Of a stretch of 64,000 bases of DNA, positions 18,426 through 27,842 are shown piece after piece (positions within the stretch are counted from its first letter, which is position 1; each line of letters opens with the position of its first letter). The translations under genes were made by a program, and so were the position numbers. This DNA comes from Alphaproteobacteria bacterium (GTDB lineage: Bacteria; Pseudomonadota; Alphaproteobacteria; GCA-2731375), in assembly GCA_965232515.1 (NCBI GenBank), contig CBDDPY010000002.1, positions 1,568,001 to 1,632,000 of the forward strand. The letters are read 5' to 3'. A model generated the notes under the pieces. That model was given only the letters and a program-made list of their open reading frames with translations. It had not been told where the DNA came from and made no database searches.

Positions 18426-21400
18426 ATGAACCTGACAAAGCTGGCGCTCGACAACTCCCGCATCACGATCAGCGGCATCCTGATCGTCATCCTGCTGGGC
18501 ATCACGACCTATCTCTCCTATCCACGGGCGGAAGATCCGTCCATCACCATCCGCAGCGCCAGCATCACGGCGAACTATCCGGGCATGTCGCCGGAACGTG
18601 TCGAGGACCTGATCACCGATCCGCTGGAAGCGGCCATGCGCGAGATCGCGGAAATCGACGAGATCGTGTCGACCTCGCGGATCGGCGCCGTGAAGCTGAC
18701 GGTGACGATCCATGACTGGGTCGACGATCTGGATCCGGTCTTCCAGGACATCCGCAACAAGGCGAACGACGTCAGCGCGCAACTACCCGACGGCACGTTG
18801 GGGCCGTTCGTCAATGACGAGGAAGGCCTGACGGCCGTCGCCACGATCGCCCTGTGGGCCGACGGCTTCTCGCTGGCCGAAATGCGCGACGTGGCGCGCG
18901 ACGCGCGCGACCGGATCTACACCCTGGAGGGGGTTCGGAAGGTCGATATCCTCGGCAATCAGGACGAACGGATCTACCTGGAGATGACGCCGGGCAAGCT
19001 GGCCCAACTCAACGTCTCGCCGGTGGAGATATTCGGCGCGCTGGCGCAGCAGAACATCATCGAGCCCGGCGGCGAGATCGTCGCCGACGGCCGCGCCGTC
19101 TTCCTGGAGCCGACGGGCAACCTGCGGTCCGTGGAGGAGATCCGGGACGTGGTGTTCCGCGTGCCCGACACCAACCGCGTGCTACGGCTCGACGAAATCG
19201 TCGACATTCGTCGGGATTTCGTCGATCCGCCCGAACGGCCGTCCTTCTTCAACAACCGTCCGGCCATCATCCTGGCGGTGTCGACCATCGAGGGCACGAA
19301 CAACGTCGAGTTCGGCGACCGCCTGACGGCGCTGGTGAACGATTTCCAGCAGGAGCTGCCGATCGGCTACGTGCTGGAATACGCCACCTTTCAGCCCGAA
19401 CTGATCGCCGCCGCCGTCGAGAGCGCGGTCTCGAACGTCTACCAGACACTCGCCATCGTGCTGGCCGTGGTCATGCTGTTCCTGGGCCTGCGCACCGGCC
19501 TGATCGTCGGTTCGTTCGTGCCCCTGACCATGCTGCTCGGCGTCATCGTCATGAACGGTTTCGGCGTCGAGCTGCAGCGCATGTCGATCGCGGCGACGAT
19601 CATCTCGCTGGGCCTGTTGGTCGACAACGGCATCGTCGTCGCCGAGGACATCCGCGTACGGCTGGCGCGCGGCGCCGATCGGGTGACGGCGGCCGTCGAG
19701 TCGGGCCGCATGCTGGCGATACCGCTGTTGACCTCGTCGCTGACCACGGTGTTCGCCTTCCTGCCGATGCTGCTGGTCGAGGGCAACTCGGGCGAATACG
19801 TGCGCTCGCTAGCCCAGGTCGTGGCGATCCTGCTGCTCGGCTCCTGGTTCCTGTCGATGACCGCGACGCCGGCCATGTGCGCCTGGTTCATGAGGGCGCC
19901 GACGGCCGAAAACGGGCCGTCAGAGCCGACCTACGATGGACCGCTCTACGCGGTCTACCGCCGGCTTCTGGGTGTGTTTCTGAAATGGCGGCTGCTGGCC
20001 ATCGCTGCGCTGATCGCGCTGCTGGTGCTGTCGGTGCAGGTGCTCGGCCTGGTCAAGACCGAGTTCTTTCCCCTTGGCGACCGAAACCAGCTGCTGGTCT
20101 ATCTCGATCTCGAGGCCGGCACGGATGTGCGCGAGACCGAGGCCGAGCTGCGCAAGCTGACAGCCTGGCTGTCGGACGGCACGGAAAACCCTGATGTCAC
20201 CGGTCATGTCGCCTATGTGGGCTATGGCGGGCCGCGCTTCTTTCTGGCGCTGTCGCCGGTCGATCCCGACCCGCATCGCGCCTTCGTCGTGGTGAATACG
20301 CGGTCGGTCGACGACGTCGGTCCGGCACTGACCCGCATCAACACATTTCTCGACGCGAACATCCCGGCGGCGCGCGCCGACGCCAAACGCATGTGGTTCG
20401 GCGGCACCGAGCCCGGCGTGGTGCAGATCCGCCTGATCGGCCCCGACGGCGACGTCCTGGCCGAACGGGCAAGCCGTCTGATCGAAGCGTTTCATACCGT
20501 TCCGGGCACGGTCGGCATCAAGCAGGACTGGGAAAACAAGATCCTGAAGCTGATCGTCGACGTCGACCAGACGCGCGCGCGGCGGGCCGGGGTCACGTCG
20601 CAGGATGTCGCCGGCGCCCTGAACGCGACCTTCACAGGCTATGCGATCAGCGACTATCGCGAGGGCGACAAGTCCATCCCCATCGTGCTGCGCGGTGATG
20701 ACAGCATGCGGTTCTCGCTCGCCGGCCTGCAGCGGGTGCAGGTCTATTCGACCGCGACGGATTCGTTCGTCGGGCTGGGACAGGTCGCCAGCATCGACGG
20801 CGAATGGCGTTTCAGCCGGATCAAGCGCCGTGACCAGCAGCGCACGCTGACCGTGGAAGCGCGCAATCCCGGCCTGCCGGCGCCGCGTTTGCTGGCGACC
20901 GTTATGCCGGCGATCGAGACGCTCGACCTGCCGGCCGGCTACCGCTACGAGATCGGCGGCGAGATCGAGGATCAGTCGGAGGCGAACGAACGGCTGTTCG
21001 GCCTGCTGCCGTTGGCGCTCGCCGGCATCGTCGTGCTGCTTGTCGGACAGTTCAACTCGTTCCGCAAGGGCGGCATCGTGCTGGCGACGATCCCGCTGAT
21101 CCTGATCGGCGGCACGCTCGGCCTGGTCGTGATGAACGCGCCCTACGGCTTCATGGTGCTGCTGGGATTCTTCAGTCTGGCCGGCATCGTCATCAACAAC
21201 GGCATCGTCCTGATCGACCGCATTCAGATCGAGGAGGCGGCCGGGCGCGAGCGCCTGGACGCCGTGATCACCGCCTGCCTGGCGCGGCTGCGGCCGATCC
21301 TGATGGCGACGCTGACCACCGTGCTGGGGCTGATCCCGCTGATCCTGTTCGGCGGCGCGCTGTTCTACGGCATGGCGAGCGTGATCGCGTTCGGCCTGAT

Positions 21401-21515
21401 CGTGGCGACGGTCTTCACGCTCGGCTTCGTGCCGGCGCTCTACACCCTGTTCTTCGGCATCTCGACGCGCGAGGCCACGACGGCCACGCACGCGGCTCCG
21501 GCAAACGCGGACTGA
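18426..21515 (+). CDS. RND efflux permease (AcrB/AcrD/AcrF family)
   Basis: 1029 aa; YPGMSPERVE, GLLVDNGIVV, NNGIVLID, RLRPILM. Confidence 0.95.
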   Translation: MNLTKLALDNSRITISGILIVILLGITTYLSYPRAEDPSITIRSASITANYPGMSPERVEDLITDPLEAAMREIAEIDEIVSTSRIGAVKLTVTIHDWVDDLDPVFQDIRNKANDVSAQLPDGTLGPFVNDEEGLTAVATIALWADGFSLAEMRDVARDARDRIYTLEGVRKVDILGNQDERIYLEMTPGKLAQLNVSPVEIFGALAQQNIIEPGGEIVADGRAVFLEPTGNLRSVEEIRDVVFRVPDTNRVLRLDEIVDIRRDFVDPPERPSFFNNRPAIILAVSTIEGTNNVEFGDRLTALVNDFQQELPIGYVLEYATFQPELIAAAVESAVSNVYQTLAIVLAVVMLFLGLRTGLIVGSFVPLTMLLGVIVMNGFGVELQRMSIAATIISLGLLVDNGIVVAEDIRVRLARGADRVTAAVESGRMLAIPLLTSSLTTVFAFLPMLLVEGNSGEYVRSLAQVVAILLLGSWFLSMTATPAMCAWFMRAPTAENGPSEPTYDGPLYAVYRRLLGVFLKWRLLAIAALIALLVLSVQVLGLVKTEFFPLGDRNQLLVYLDLEAGTDVRETEAELRKLTAWLSDGTENPDVTGHVAYVGYGGPRFFLALSPVDPDPHRAFVVVNTRSVDDVGPALTRINTFLDANIPAARADAKRMWFGGTEPGVVQIRLIGPDGDVLAERASRLIEAFHTVPGTVGIKQDWENKILKLIVDVDQTRARRAGVTSQDVAGALNATFTGYAISDYREGDKSIPIVLRGDDSMRFSLAGLQRVQVYSTATDSFVGLGQVASIDGEWRFSRIKRRDQQRTLTVEARNPGLPAPRLLATVMPAIETLDLPAGYRYEIGGEIEDQSEANERLFGLLPLALAGIVVLLVGQFNSFRKGGIVLATIPLILIGGTLGLVVMNAPYGFMVLLGFFSLAGIVINNGIVLIDRIQIEEAAGRERLDAVITACLARLRPILMATLTTVLGLIPLILFGGALFYGMASVIAFGLIVATVFTLGFVPALYTLFFGISTREATTATHAAPANAD

Positions 21516-21636
21516 CGCCGGAGTCAGTTGATTCAGCGGCGGTGCGCCGCGTCGATGGCGGCCCGGAGTTCTTTCGCCCAACGATCGAAGGTCGGTTCCG
21601 CCTCCCCCGCAAAGCCGTGAATGACTCCGGGAACGA

Positions 21637-23157
21637 CTACATCCCGGCCCTGCTGAAGCCGCGCAAACAGTTCGGCTGATCATCGGCGTCGAACGGATGG
21701 CAGGGTCGCGGGATGTTGGCCCAATGCAGGGCGCGCAGATCGCAGGATGTTGGACCCGGGCCATCGACGATGATCGTGGCCGGCGCCCAGGCATAGGCGT
21801 TCCTGAAGTTCATGTGGTTCTTGACCACGAGGAACTTCTGGCGCCGGACATCGATACCGGCGGCAGCGAAATGCTCGTCGTCATGTTCATAGCAAGACTG
21901 TGCGCTGACCAGGACGGAGGCCCGGCCGATCGTCAGCACCGCCGAGGGACCCATGCTGGCACGGACGCCGCCCATCAGGCCGCCGCGATAGCTGAAGCGG
22001 CCGTCGAACACATGCGCGACCTTGCCTGAGAAAGGAACCGGCATACCGAACCGCGTGTCGATCTTGTGGCCCAGCATTCCGTCGATGGCGGCGCCGACGC
22101 CGAGCCGGTGGGCCGCCTTGGCGATTTCCGGGTCGACGACCTGGATCGCCAGCGACTCGCCAAGACCTGCGTCGAGATACGCGCGCAGGACGGCGACGCT
22201 GTCACCGGCGGCGCCGCCGCCGGCCGTATCGGCGCAATCGGATATCACCACCGGCCCGTCGGGCGTGGCCCGTCCGATCCGCAAAGCGGTTTCGGCCGAA
22301 ACCGCTGCGACCGCGAGCTCGGCGCGCCGCGACCAGATGCGACGTACGATATCATCGGCCAAGCGCTCCGCCCGCGCGCGGTCGCCATCGACCAGAGCGA
22401 CGGCGGCCGTGCCCACATCCGGCAGATCGAGCCAAGCCTGTACGGGAAAATAGCTCAGGGCGACGGCGTCGCCTGCCGCCTCCAATGCCCGGCAATGGCG
22501 ATAGAGGTCCCGCATCAGCCCCGGCACCATGGTGCCGCAGGCAACCGGCGGGAACAGCGCGGCGATCTTTCGCATGGCCATCGCTGGTCTGATCTCGCCA
22601 GCCACGATCCGCAACAGAAGGCCCGTCGCCCTGACGCCGGTTTCAAACGTGTCGTCGTGGGGATAGTGCTGATAGCCGACCAAAGCATCGACGCGGTCCA
22701 GCATCTCGCACGTGACATGCGCGTGGAGATCGCAGCTTACGACCAGCGGCACCGAGCCGATCAGTTCACGGACGTCGCCCAGCAGATCGGCCTCTGCATC
22801 ATCGACACCGTCGCAGATCATGGCGCCGTGCAGCGCAAGGAAGAGACCGTCTAGCGGACCCGCCGCCCGTACGGCGCCCAACAGGCGCGCCTTCAGCGCC
22901 GCATAGGCTTCGGCGTCGATCCGGCCGCCCGCGCCGCCATGCGTGGCGATCAGCGGCACCGCGTCGGCGTTCGCCGCCGCCGCGACCGCCAGCGCGCCGG
23001 CAACTTCGAGGCGGCTGTCCGCCAGTTGGTCGATGATCTCCTGTCCCTGGCAGAAGTATTTGTTGGTGAAATCGGACAGGGTCGTTTGCACGGGCGAAAA
23101 GGTATTGCCTTCAAACAGCAAGGCGCCGATACCGATGCGCTTCCTGCGATGCGTCAT
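21637..23157 (-). CDS. M81-family metallopeptidase (MlrC-like)
   Basis: EGNTFSP, LALHGAM, DLHAH, YPHDD and DCADTAGGGAAGD. Confidence 0.9.
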   Translation of the reverse strand: MTHRRKRIGIGALLFEGNTFSPVQTTLSDFTNKYFCQGQEIIDQLADSRLEVAGALAVAAAANADAVPLIATHGGAGGRIDAEAYAALKARLLGAVRAAGPLDGLFLALHGAMICDGVDDAEADLLGDVRELIGSVPLVVSCDLHAHVTCEMLDRVDALVGYQHYPHDDTFETGVRATGLLLRIVAGEIRPAMAMRKIAALFPPVACGTMVPGLMRDLYRHCRALEAAGDAVALSYFPVQAWLDLPDVGTAAVALVDGDRARAERLADDIVRRIWSRRAELAVAAVSAETALRIGRATPDGPVVISDCADTAGGGAAGDSVAVLRAYLDAGLGESLAIQVVDPEIAKAAHRLGVGAAIDGMLGHKIDTRFGMPVPFSGKVAHVFDGRFSYRGGLMGGVRASMGPSAVLTIGRASVLVSAQSCYEHDDEHFAAAGIDVRRQKFLVVKNHMNFRNAYAWAPATIIVDGPGPTSCDLRALHWANIPRPCHPFDADDQPNCLRGFSRAGM

Positions 23158-23240
23158 ACCGAACTCTCCTGACCGCCCTGCCCGGCCGCCGAACCGGCGG
23201 CCTCCGCCGACGGTTGCCAAAAAGCGTTTGCCCGGCCGAT

Positions 23241-23256
23241 AAGTTACCGGTAACAT
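23241..23256. promoter_or_regulatory. LacI-family (E. coli GntR-type) operator
   Basis: AAGTTACCGGTAACAT, with a perfect GTTACCGGTAAC core, between the divergent mlrC-like and dctP genes. Confidence 0.75.
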
Positions 23257-23297
23257 TTTTGCGTTGTCAAAACATCTATCAGGCCAGGGAGAAGGAA

Positions 23298-24326
23298 ATG
23301 CTGGGATTATCAACGAGGCGGAAACCGCCAACTTCGATCCGGCGACTCGGCGCGGCGGTCGCGTTTGGCGCCGCCGTGGCGATCACCGCGGTCGCGGACG
23401 CCCGGGCAGAGGTCACCATGCGGCTGGCCTGGGCCGGCTCGGAGGACGCGCCCTACGCGGTAGGCGCAAACAAGTTCAAGGAGCTGATCGAGCAGTACAC
23501 CAACGGCGAGATCAAGGTGAAGCTCTTTTGCTGCTTCAAGATGGGCGGCGAGCAGGAGATGTTCAAAAAGCTGCAGCTCGGCACGCTCGACGGCACCATC
23601 ATCGCCCAGAACAATGCCGGCCCGTTCTTTCCGCTGATCGACCTGTTCGTGCTGCCCTACGTGTTCCAAAGCTACGAACACGCCATCAAGGTCGTCGATG
23701 GTCCGATCGGCAAGCGTATCGCCGACCAGATGCTGAACGACACCGGCGTGCACTTGATCTCGTTCGTCGAGGTTTCGTTCCGCAACATCTACAACTCGAA
23801 ACGGCCGATCAATTCGATCGCCGATGTCGGCGGCCTGCGTTACCGCGTGCCCAAGAACACGGTGATGATCGATACTTACAAGGCCTTCGGCGCCGAACCG
23901 ACGCCCATTGCCTGGTCGGAGACCTTCACGGCGACACAGACCGGCATCGTCGATGGCGGCGACTCCGGCGTCTACTGGCTGAAGGCGGCGAAGTTCTACG
24001 AGATCTGCAAGCACTACGCGATCACCGAACACTTCGCCCTGGCCTCGCCGTTCCTGGTCAGCGACAAGTTCATGCAGAAGCTGACGCCCGAACAGCAGGA
24101 CCTGGTGCGCAAGGCCGGCCACGAAGCGGCGCTGGTCGAACGGCAGAACGTGCGCGACAGCGAGAGCGCGATCGCGGACGAGATGAAGCAGGCCGGCGTC
24201 AAGTTCACCTATCCGGACAAGGCGCCGTTCATCGCCGCCGCGAAGGTCGTGCAGGACGCATTCGTCAAGGAACGCGGCGATGCCTATGGCGAGTTGCTGA
24301 CGGCCATCGAAAAGGCGGCGATGTAG
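23298..24326 (+). CDS. dctP: TRAP substrate-binding protein (DctP)
   Basis: Signal peptide, MGGEQEM..LQLGTLD, conserved Arg in LRYRVP, ETFTATQTGIVDG. Confidence 0.9.
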   Translation: MLGLSTRRKPPTSIRRLGAAVAFGAAVAITAVADARAEVTMRLAWAGSEDAPYAVGANKFKELIEQYTNGEIKVKLFCCFKMGGEQEMFKKLQLGTLDGTIIAQNNAGPFFPLIDLFVLPYVFQSYEHAIKVVDGPIGKRIADQMLNDTGVHLISFVEVSFRNIYNSKRPINSIADVGGLRYRVPKNTVMIDTYKAFGAEPTPIAWSETFTATQTGIVDGGDSGVYWLKAAKFYEICKHYAITEHFALASPFLVSDKFMQKLTPEQQDLVRKAGHEAALVERQNVRDSESAIADEMKQAGVKFTYPDKAPFIAAAKVVQDAFVKERGDAYGELLTAIEKAAM

Positions 24327-24346
24327 GTCGGGCCGTCCCTGGTGGC

Positions 24347-24372
24347 GCCGCCCGGCCGCGCGGCCGGGCGGC
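24347..24372. other. Intercistronic palindrome after the binding-protein gene
   Basis: GCCGCCCGGCCGCGCGGCCGGGCGGC, a perfect 26-bp palindrome. Confidence 0.6.
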
Positions 24373-24390
24373 CTGTCTGGAAACAGCATC

Positions 24391-24930
24391 GTGAAACGCC
24401 TGCTTAGCGAGTTCCTTGGCGTCCTCGACCGCCGGTTCGAGGAGACGGCCTGCGCCGTCCTGCTGTCCGTGATGGGCGCGATGATCTTCCTCCAGGTCAT
24501 CATGCGCTACGTGTTCTCGAACCCCCTGTCCTGGACCGATGAAATCGCCGTCTATTGCATGGTCTGGTCCGTCTATCTCGGCGGTGCGCTGGCGGTGCGC
24601 GAGCGCGCCCATATCCGCGTGCTGAACGGCATCCTGGCGTTCGGTGGACGCGTTTCGCTGGCCCTCGTCGTGTTCAGCGACGCCTTGTGGGCGGCGATCA
24701 ACGTGCTGCTGGTCTGGCAGGGGCTGATCCTGGAAGCGTCGTTCTGGTCGCAGCCCTATGTGTCGCCGGCGCTGGGGATCGATCAGAAGTGGCCTTATCT
24801 GATCGTGCCACTGGGTTTCGCCCTGATGACCCTGCGTCTGGGTCAGATCTACGTGCGCTGGATCAGCCATGGCGAACCGCCGACCCGCGGGCTCGTCGGG
24901 GGCGCGGCGACACCTGGCGGCGACACATGA
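24391..24930 (+). CDS. dctQ: TRAP small permease (DctQ)
   Basis: QVIMRY, WTDEIA, HIRV; four predicted TM segments. Confidence 0.9.
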   Translation: MKRLLSEFLGVLDRRFEETACAVLLSVMGAMIFLQVIMRYVFSNPLSWTDEIAVYCMVWSVYLGGALAVRERAHIRVLNGILAFGGRVSLALVVFSDALWAAINVLLVWQGLILEASFWSQPYVSPALGIDQKWPYLIVPLGFALMTLRLGQIYVRWISHGEPPTRGLVGGAATPGGDT

Positions 24931-26219
24931 CTGACAGCATCATCATGTTCGCGGCGCTGTTTGGCGCCATCGCGCTCGGCGTGCCGATCCCCGCCGCCGT
25001 CGCCATCGCTTGCGCCGTCGGCGTCCTGCTGGTCGATATCCCGCTCGTGTTCCTGGCCCAGAACATGTACGACGCGCTGGAAGGCATCCCGTTGATGACG
25101 ATCCCGCTGTTCGTGCTGGCGGGCGCCCTGATGGAAAAGGGCGGCATGGCGATGCGGCTGGTCAACGTGGCCCAGGCCATGGTCGGCCGGTTTCGCGGCA
25201 GCCTGGGCCTGGTGGCGATCGTCGGCTGCACCTTCTTCGCCGCCCTGTCGGGCTCGGGCCCCGCAACGACGGCCGCCGTCGGCGCCGTCACCCTGCCGGC
25301 GATGCTGAAGCAGAGATACGCGCCGGCCTTCGGCGGCGCGGTGGTGGCCTCGGGCGGGGCGCTCGGCAGCCTGATCCCGCCAAGCAATTTGATGATCATC
25401 TACGGCATCGTGTCGGACAACTCGATCCCGCGGCTGTTCCTGGCCGGCATCCTGCCCGGCATCGCGGCCAGCCTGCTGCTGATGGTCTGCGTCTGGCTGA
25501 TCGCCCGGCGCCGCGGCTATGGCGGCAGCGACGAGCCGTTCTCATGGCCGCGGCTGCGGCACGCGCTCTGGGACGGCAAGTGGGCGCTGGCGGCGCCGCT
25601 GGTAATCCTTGGCGGTATCTATTCCGGCATCTTCACAACGACGGAGGCGGCCGCCGTCGCCAACGTCTATGCCCTGCTGGTCGGCCTGTTCGTCTATCGC
25701 GGCCTGTCCGCCGGCGATCTGCTCGACTGTCTCAAGGTCACGGCCATCATCTCCGGCAGCGTCGTCATCATCCTCGGACCGGCAAAGGCCTTCGGCCAAC
25801 TGGTCAGCCTGATGGAGGTGCCGGAACTGATCGGCAGCCTGCTGACCGGCGCCACCGAAAGCGCTTTCCTGACGCTGATGATCATCGCCGTGGTCCTGAT
25901 CGTGACCGGCATGTTTCTCGAATCCATCGCGCAGATCATTCTGTTCACGCCGCTGCTGCTGCCGATCGTCGTGCCGTTGGGCATCGATCCCATCGCCTTC
26001 GGCATCATGATGGTGGTGGCCTGCGAGATCGGCTTCCTGACCCCGCCGGTCGGCGCCAATCTGTTTGTCGCCGCCCGCTTGACCGGCCTCGGGATCGAGC
26101 CCATCTCGGTCGCCGTGATTCCGTTCCTGTTCGTCTATGTCCTGATCATCATCGGACTAGCGCTGGCGCCCGATGCGGTGTTGCTGCTGCCGAACGCGGT
26201 GTATGGTCCGTCGGGCTGA
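24927..26219 (+). CDS. dctM: TRAP large permease (DctM)
   Basis: IPLFVLAG, SGSGPAT, LIPPS, TPPVG; ATGA overlap with dctQ. Confidence 0.92.
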   Translation: MTDSIIMFAALFGAIALGVPIPAAVAIACAVGVLLVDIPLVFLAQNMYDALEGIPLMTIPLFVLAGALMEKGGMAMRLVNVAQAMVGRFRGSLGLVAIVGCTFFAALSGSGPATTAAVGAVTLPAMLKQRYAPAFGGAVVASGGALGSLIPPSNLMIIYGIVSDNSIPRLFLAGILPGIAASLLLMVCVWLIARRRGYGGSDEPFSWPRLRHALWDGKWALAAPLVILGGIYSGIFTTTEAAAVANVYALLVGLFVYRGLSAGDLLDCLKVTAIISGSVVIILGPAKAFGQLVSLMEVPELIGSLLTGATESAFLTLMIIAVVLIVTGMFLESIAQIILFTPLLLPIVVPLGIDPIAFGIMMVVACEIGFLTPPVGANLFVAARLTGLGIEPISVAVIPFLFVYVLIIIGLALAPDAVLLLPNAVYGPSG

Positions 26220-26265
26220 ATCAGGCGGCCGGGCGGATCGACGACGTCGGGCCGACGGCGCGCAT

Positions 26266-27345
26266 ATGGCGGGCAAGACGTTGGGAACCGAGAAAAAGCC
26301 GGCACGGCGGCGGCGGCGATCCTATGCCGGACTGCAGATCCGCGATGTTTCGCGGCTGTCGGGCGTGTCGACGCAGACCGTGTCGCGCTACTTCAACACG
26401 CCGCACAAGGTGAGCGAGAAGACCCGGGCGAAGATCGCCGAAGCCGTGGAAGCGACCGGCTATATCCCCAACATGGTCGCCAAGGGCCTGTCGTCGAACC
26501 GGACCAATATCGTCGCTGCGATCGTGCCGACGATCACCCATTCGATCTTCGCCGACGTCCTGGCAGGCATCTCGCGCGTGCTGGAGGAACAGAACCATCG
26601 CCTGCTGATCTCGGAGAGCGGCTATTCCCTCAACCGGGAAGAGGCGCTGATCCGCGAACTGATGGCGCAGCGGCCCGGCGGCATCGTGTTGATCGGACAG
26701 ACCCGCACCGACGGCGCGCGGGCGTTGTTGAACCGACTCACCATACCGGTGGTCGAACTGTTGGAGATCGACGCGCCACCATGCGATCTGGGCGTGGGTT
26801 TTTCCAACTTCAATGCTTGCCTGGAGATGACCAACCGGCTGATCGAAGCGGGTTATCGGAAGATCGGCTTCATCTGCGCGCCGTTCGAGGCGAACGACCG
26901 CGCCACCCGCCGCTACCAGGGCTACCTGCAGGCGATGCGGGATGCGGGCATCGAGCCCGCGCCGGGCTGGCTGCGCACGGCGTCGTTTTCCTATCGGGAG
27001 GGCGCCCGCGTTTTCGGGCGACTGATCGACGACCATCCCGAGCTCGAGGTCGTGTTCAGCAACGACATCCTCGCCGTCGGCGGCGTGCTCGAATGCCAAC
27101 GCCGCGGCCTTGCCATCCCGGCCGATATCGGGATCTGCGGCTTCGACGACCTCGAATTGGCGTCACTCACCAACCCGCCGCTGACCACGGTGCAGATCCC
27201 CCGGTACGAGATCGGCCGCCGGGCCGCCACGCTGGTGCTTGCCGCCAATGCGGGCGAGCGCCCCGAAAACACGACGGTCGATGTCGGCTTCAAGATCGTG
27301 TCGCGCGGCAGCACCCGCCCGATCAGAGAGAACGGCGCGACGTAG
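26266..27345 (+). CDS. LacI-family regulator (GntR/IdnR-like)
   Basis: IRDVSRLSGVSTQTVSRYFN helix-turn-helix, GYIPN, GFDDL, PPLTTV. Confidence 0.92.
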   Translation: MAGKTLGTEKKPARRRRRSYAGLQIRDVSRLSGVSTQTVSRYFNTPHKVSEKTRAKIAEAVEATGYIPNMVAKGLSSNRTNIVAAIVPTITHSIFADVLAGISRVLEEQNHRLLISESGYSLNREEALIRELMAQRPGGIVLIGQTRTDGARALLNRLTIPVVELLEIDAPPCDLGVGFSNFNACLEMTNRLIEAGYRKIGFICAPFEANDRATRRYQGYLQAMRDAGIEPAPGWLRTASFSYREGARVFGRLIDDHPELEVVFSNDILAVGGVLECQRRGLAIPADIGICGFDDLELASLTNPPLTTVQIPRYEIGRRAATLVLAANAGERPENTTVDVGFKIVSRGSTRPIRENGAT

Positions 27346-27408
27346 CGCCGAAACACACAACGGTCACCGTCTGGGGCTGTTCGCCAATCATCGATATTTG
27401 CCGTTCCG

Positions 27409-27435
27409 TGTCGGGAACGTAGGCTGTCGGACGTC
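27409..27435 (+). promoter_or_regulatory. Putative ECF42-type promoter upstream of yciI
   Basis: TGTCGG-N17-CGTC; the same arrangement recurs at 29085-29111. Confidence 0.55.
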
Positions 27436-27470
27436 CTTGCGGTTGCGACAAGGCGTTTCGGGAGAAGCCC

Positions 27471-27842
27471 ATGCTCTATTCGATCCTGATCTACACCGCC
27501 GAGGGTGTGTTCGACCGGCTGCCGCCCGAGGAGCAGGAGGCCGTCCTGAAAAGGCATCGCGATCTGCAGGCGAAGCTCGCCGCGCGCGGCGATTTCGCGG
27601 TCGCCCAGCTGATGCCGGTCAGCAATGCGGTGACGTTGAAACCGACGGCCGATACGGCCGGGAAGCCGCTGGTGATCGACGGGCCGTTCGCGGAGACGAA
27701 GGAACGGTTCGCCGGCTTCTACATCGTCGACTGCGAGACCCTCGACGAGGCGGTCGCGCTGGCAAGTGAGCTGGGCGGCAGCCACGATTCGCTCGAGGTT
27801 CGGCCGGTCGCCTGGGCGGGTGGCGTGCTGGCCGCGCCGTGA
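27471..27842 (+). CDS. YciI/DGPF-family protein
   Basis: IDGPFAETKE..GFYIV and EVRPV. Confidence 0.92.
   Translation: MLYSILIYTAEGVFDRLPPEEQEAVLKRHRDLQAKLAARGDFAVAQLMPVSNAVTLKPTADTAGKPLVIDGPFAETKERFAGFYIVDCETLDEAVALASELGGSHDSLEVRPVAWAGGVLAAP

Noticed and set aside
21533-21636. Protein-like tail VIHGFAGEAEPTFDRWAKELRAAIDAAHRR after the mlrC-like gene, with a 9-bp inverted repeat
   Set aside because: Too short to assign; it may be a gene remnant but I cannot support that.
16989-21794. 597-aa and 624-aa minus-strand ORFs
   Set aside because: Antisense to the clear MFP and RND genes, with Arg/Ala-rich low-information translations.
21637-23157. Microcystin degradation locus
   Set aside because: No mlrA, mlrB or mlrD in the cluster; M81 proteins are widespread outside microcystin degraders.
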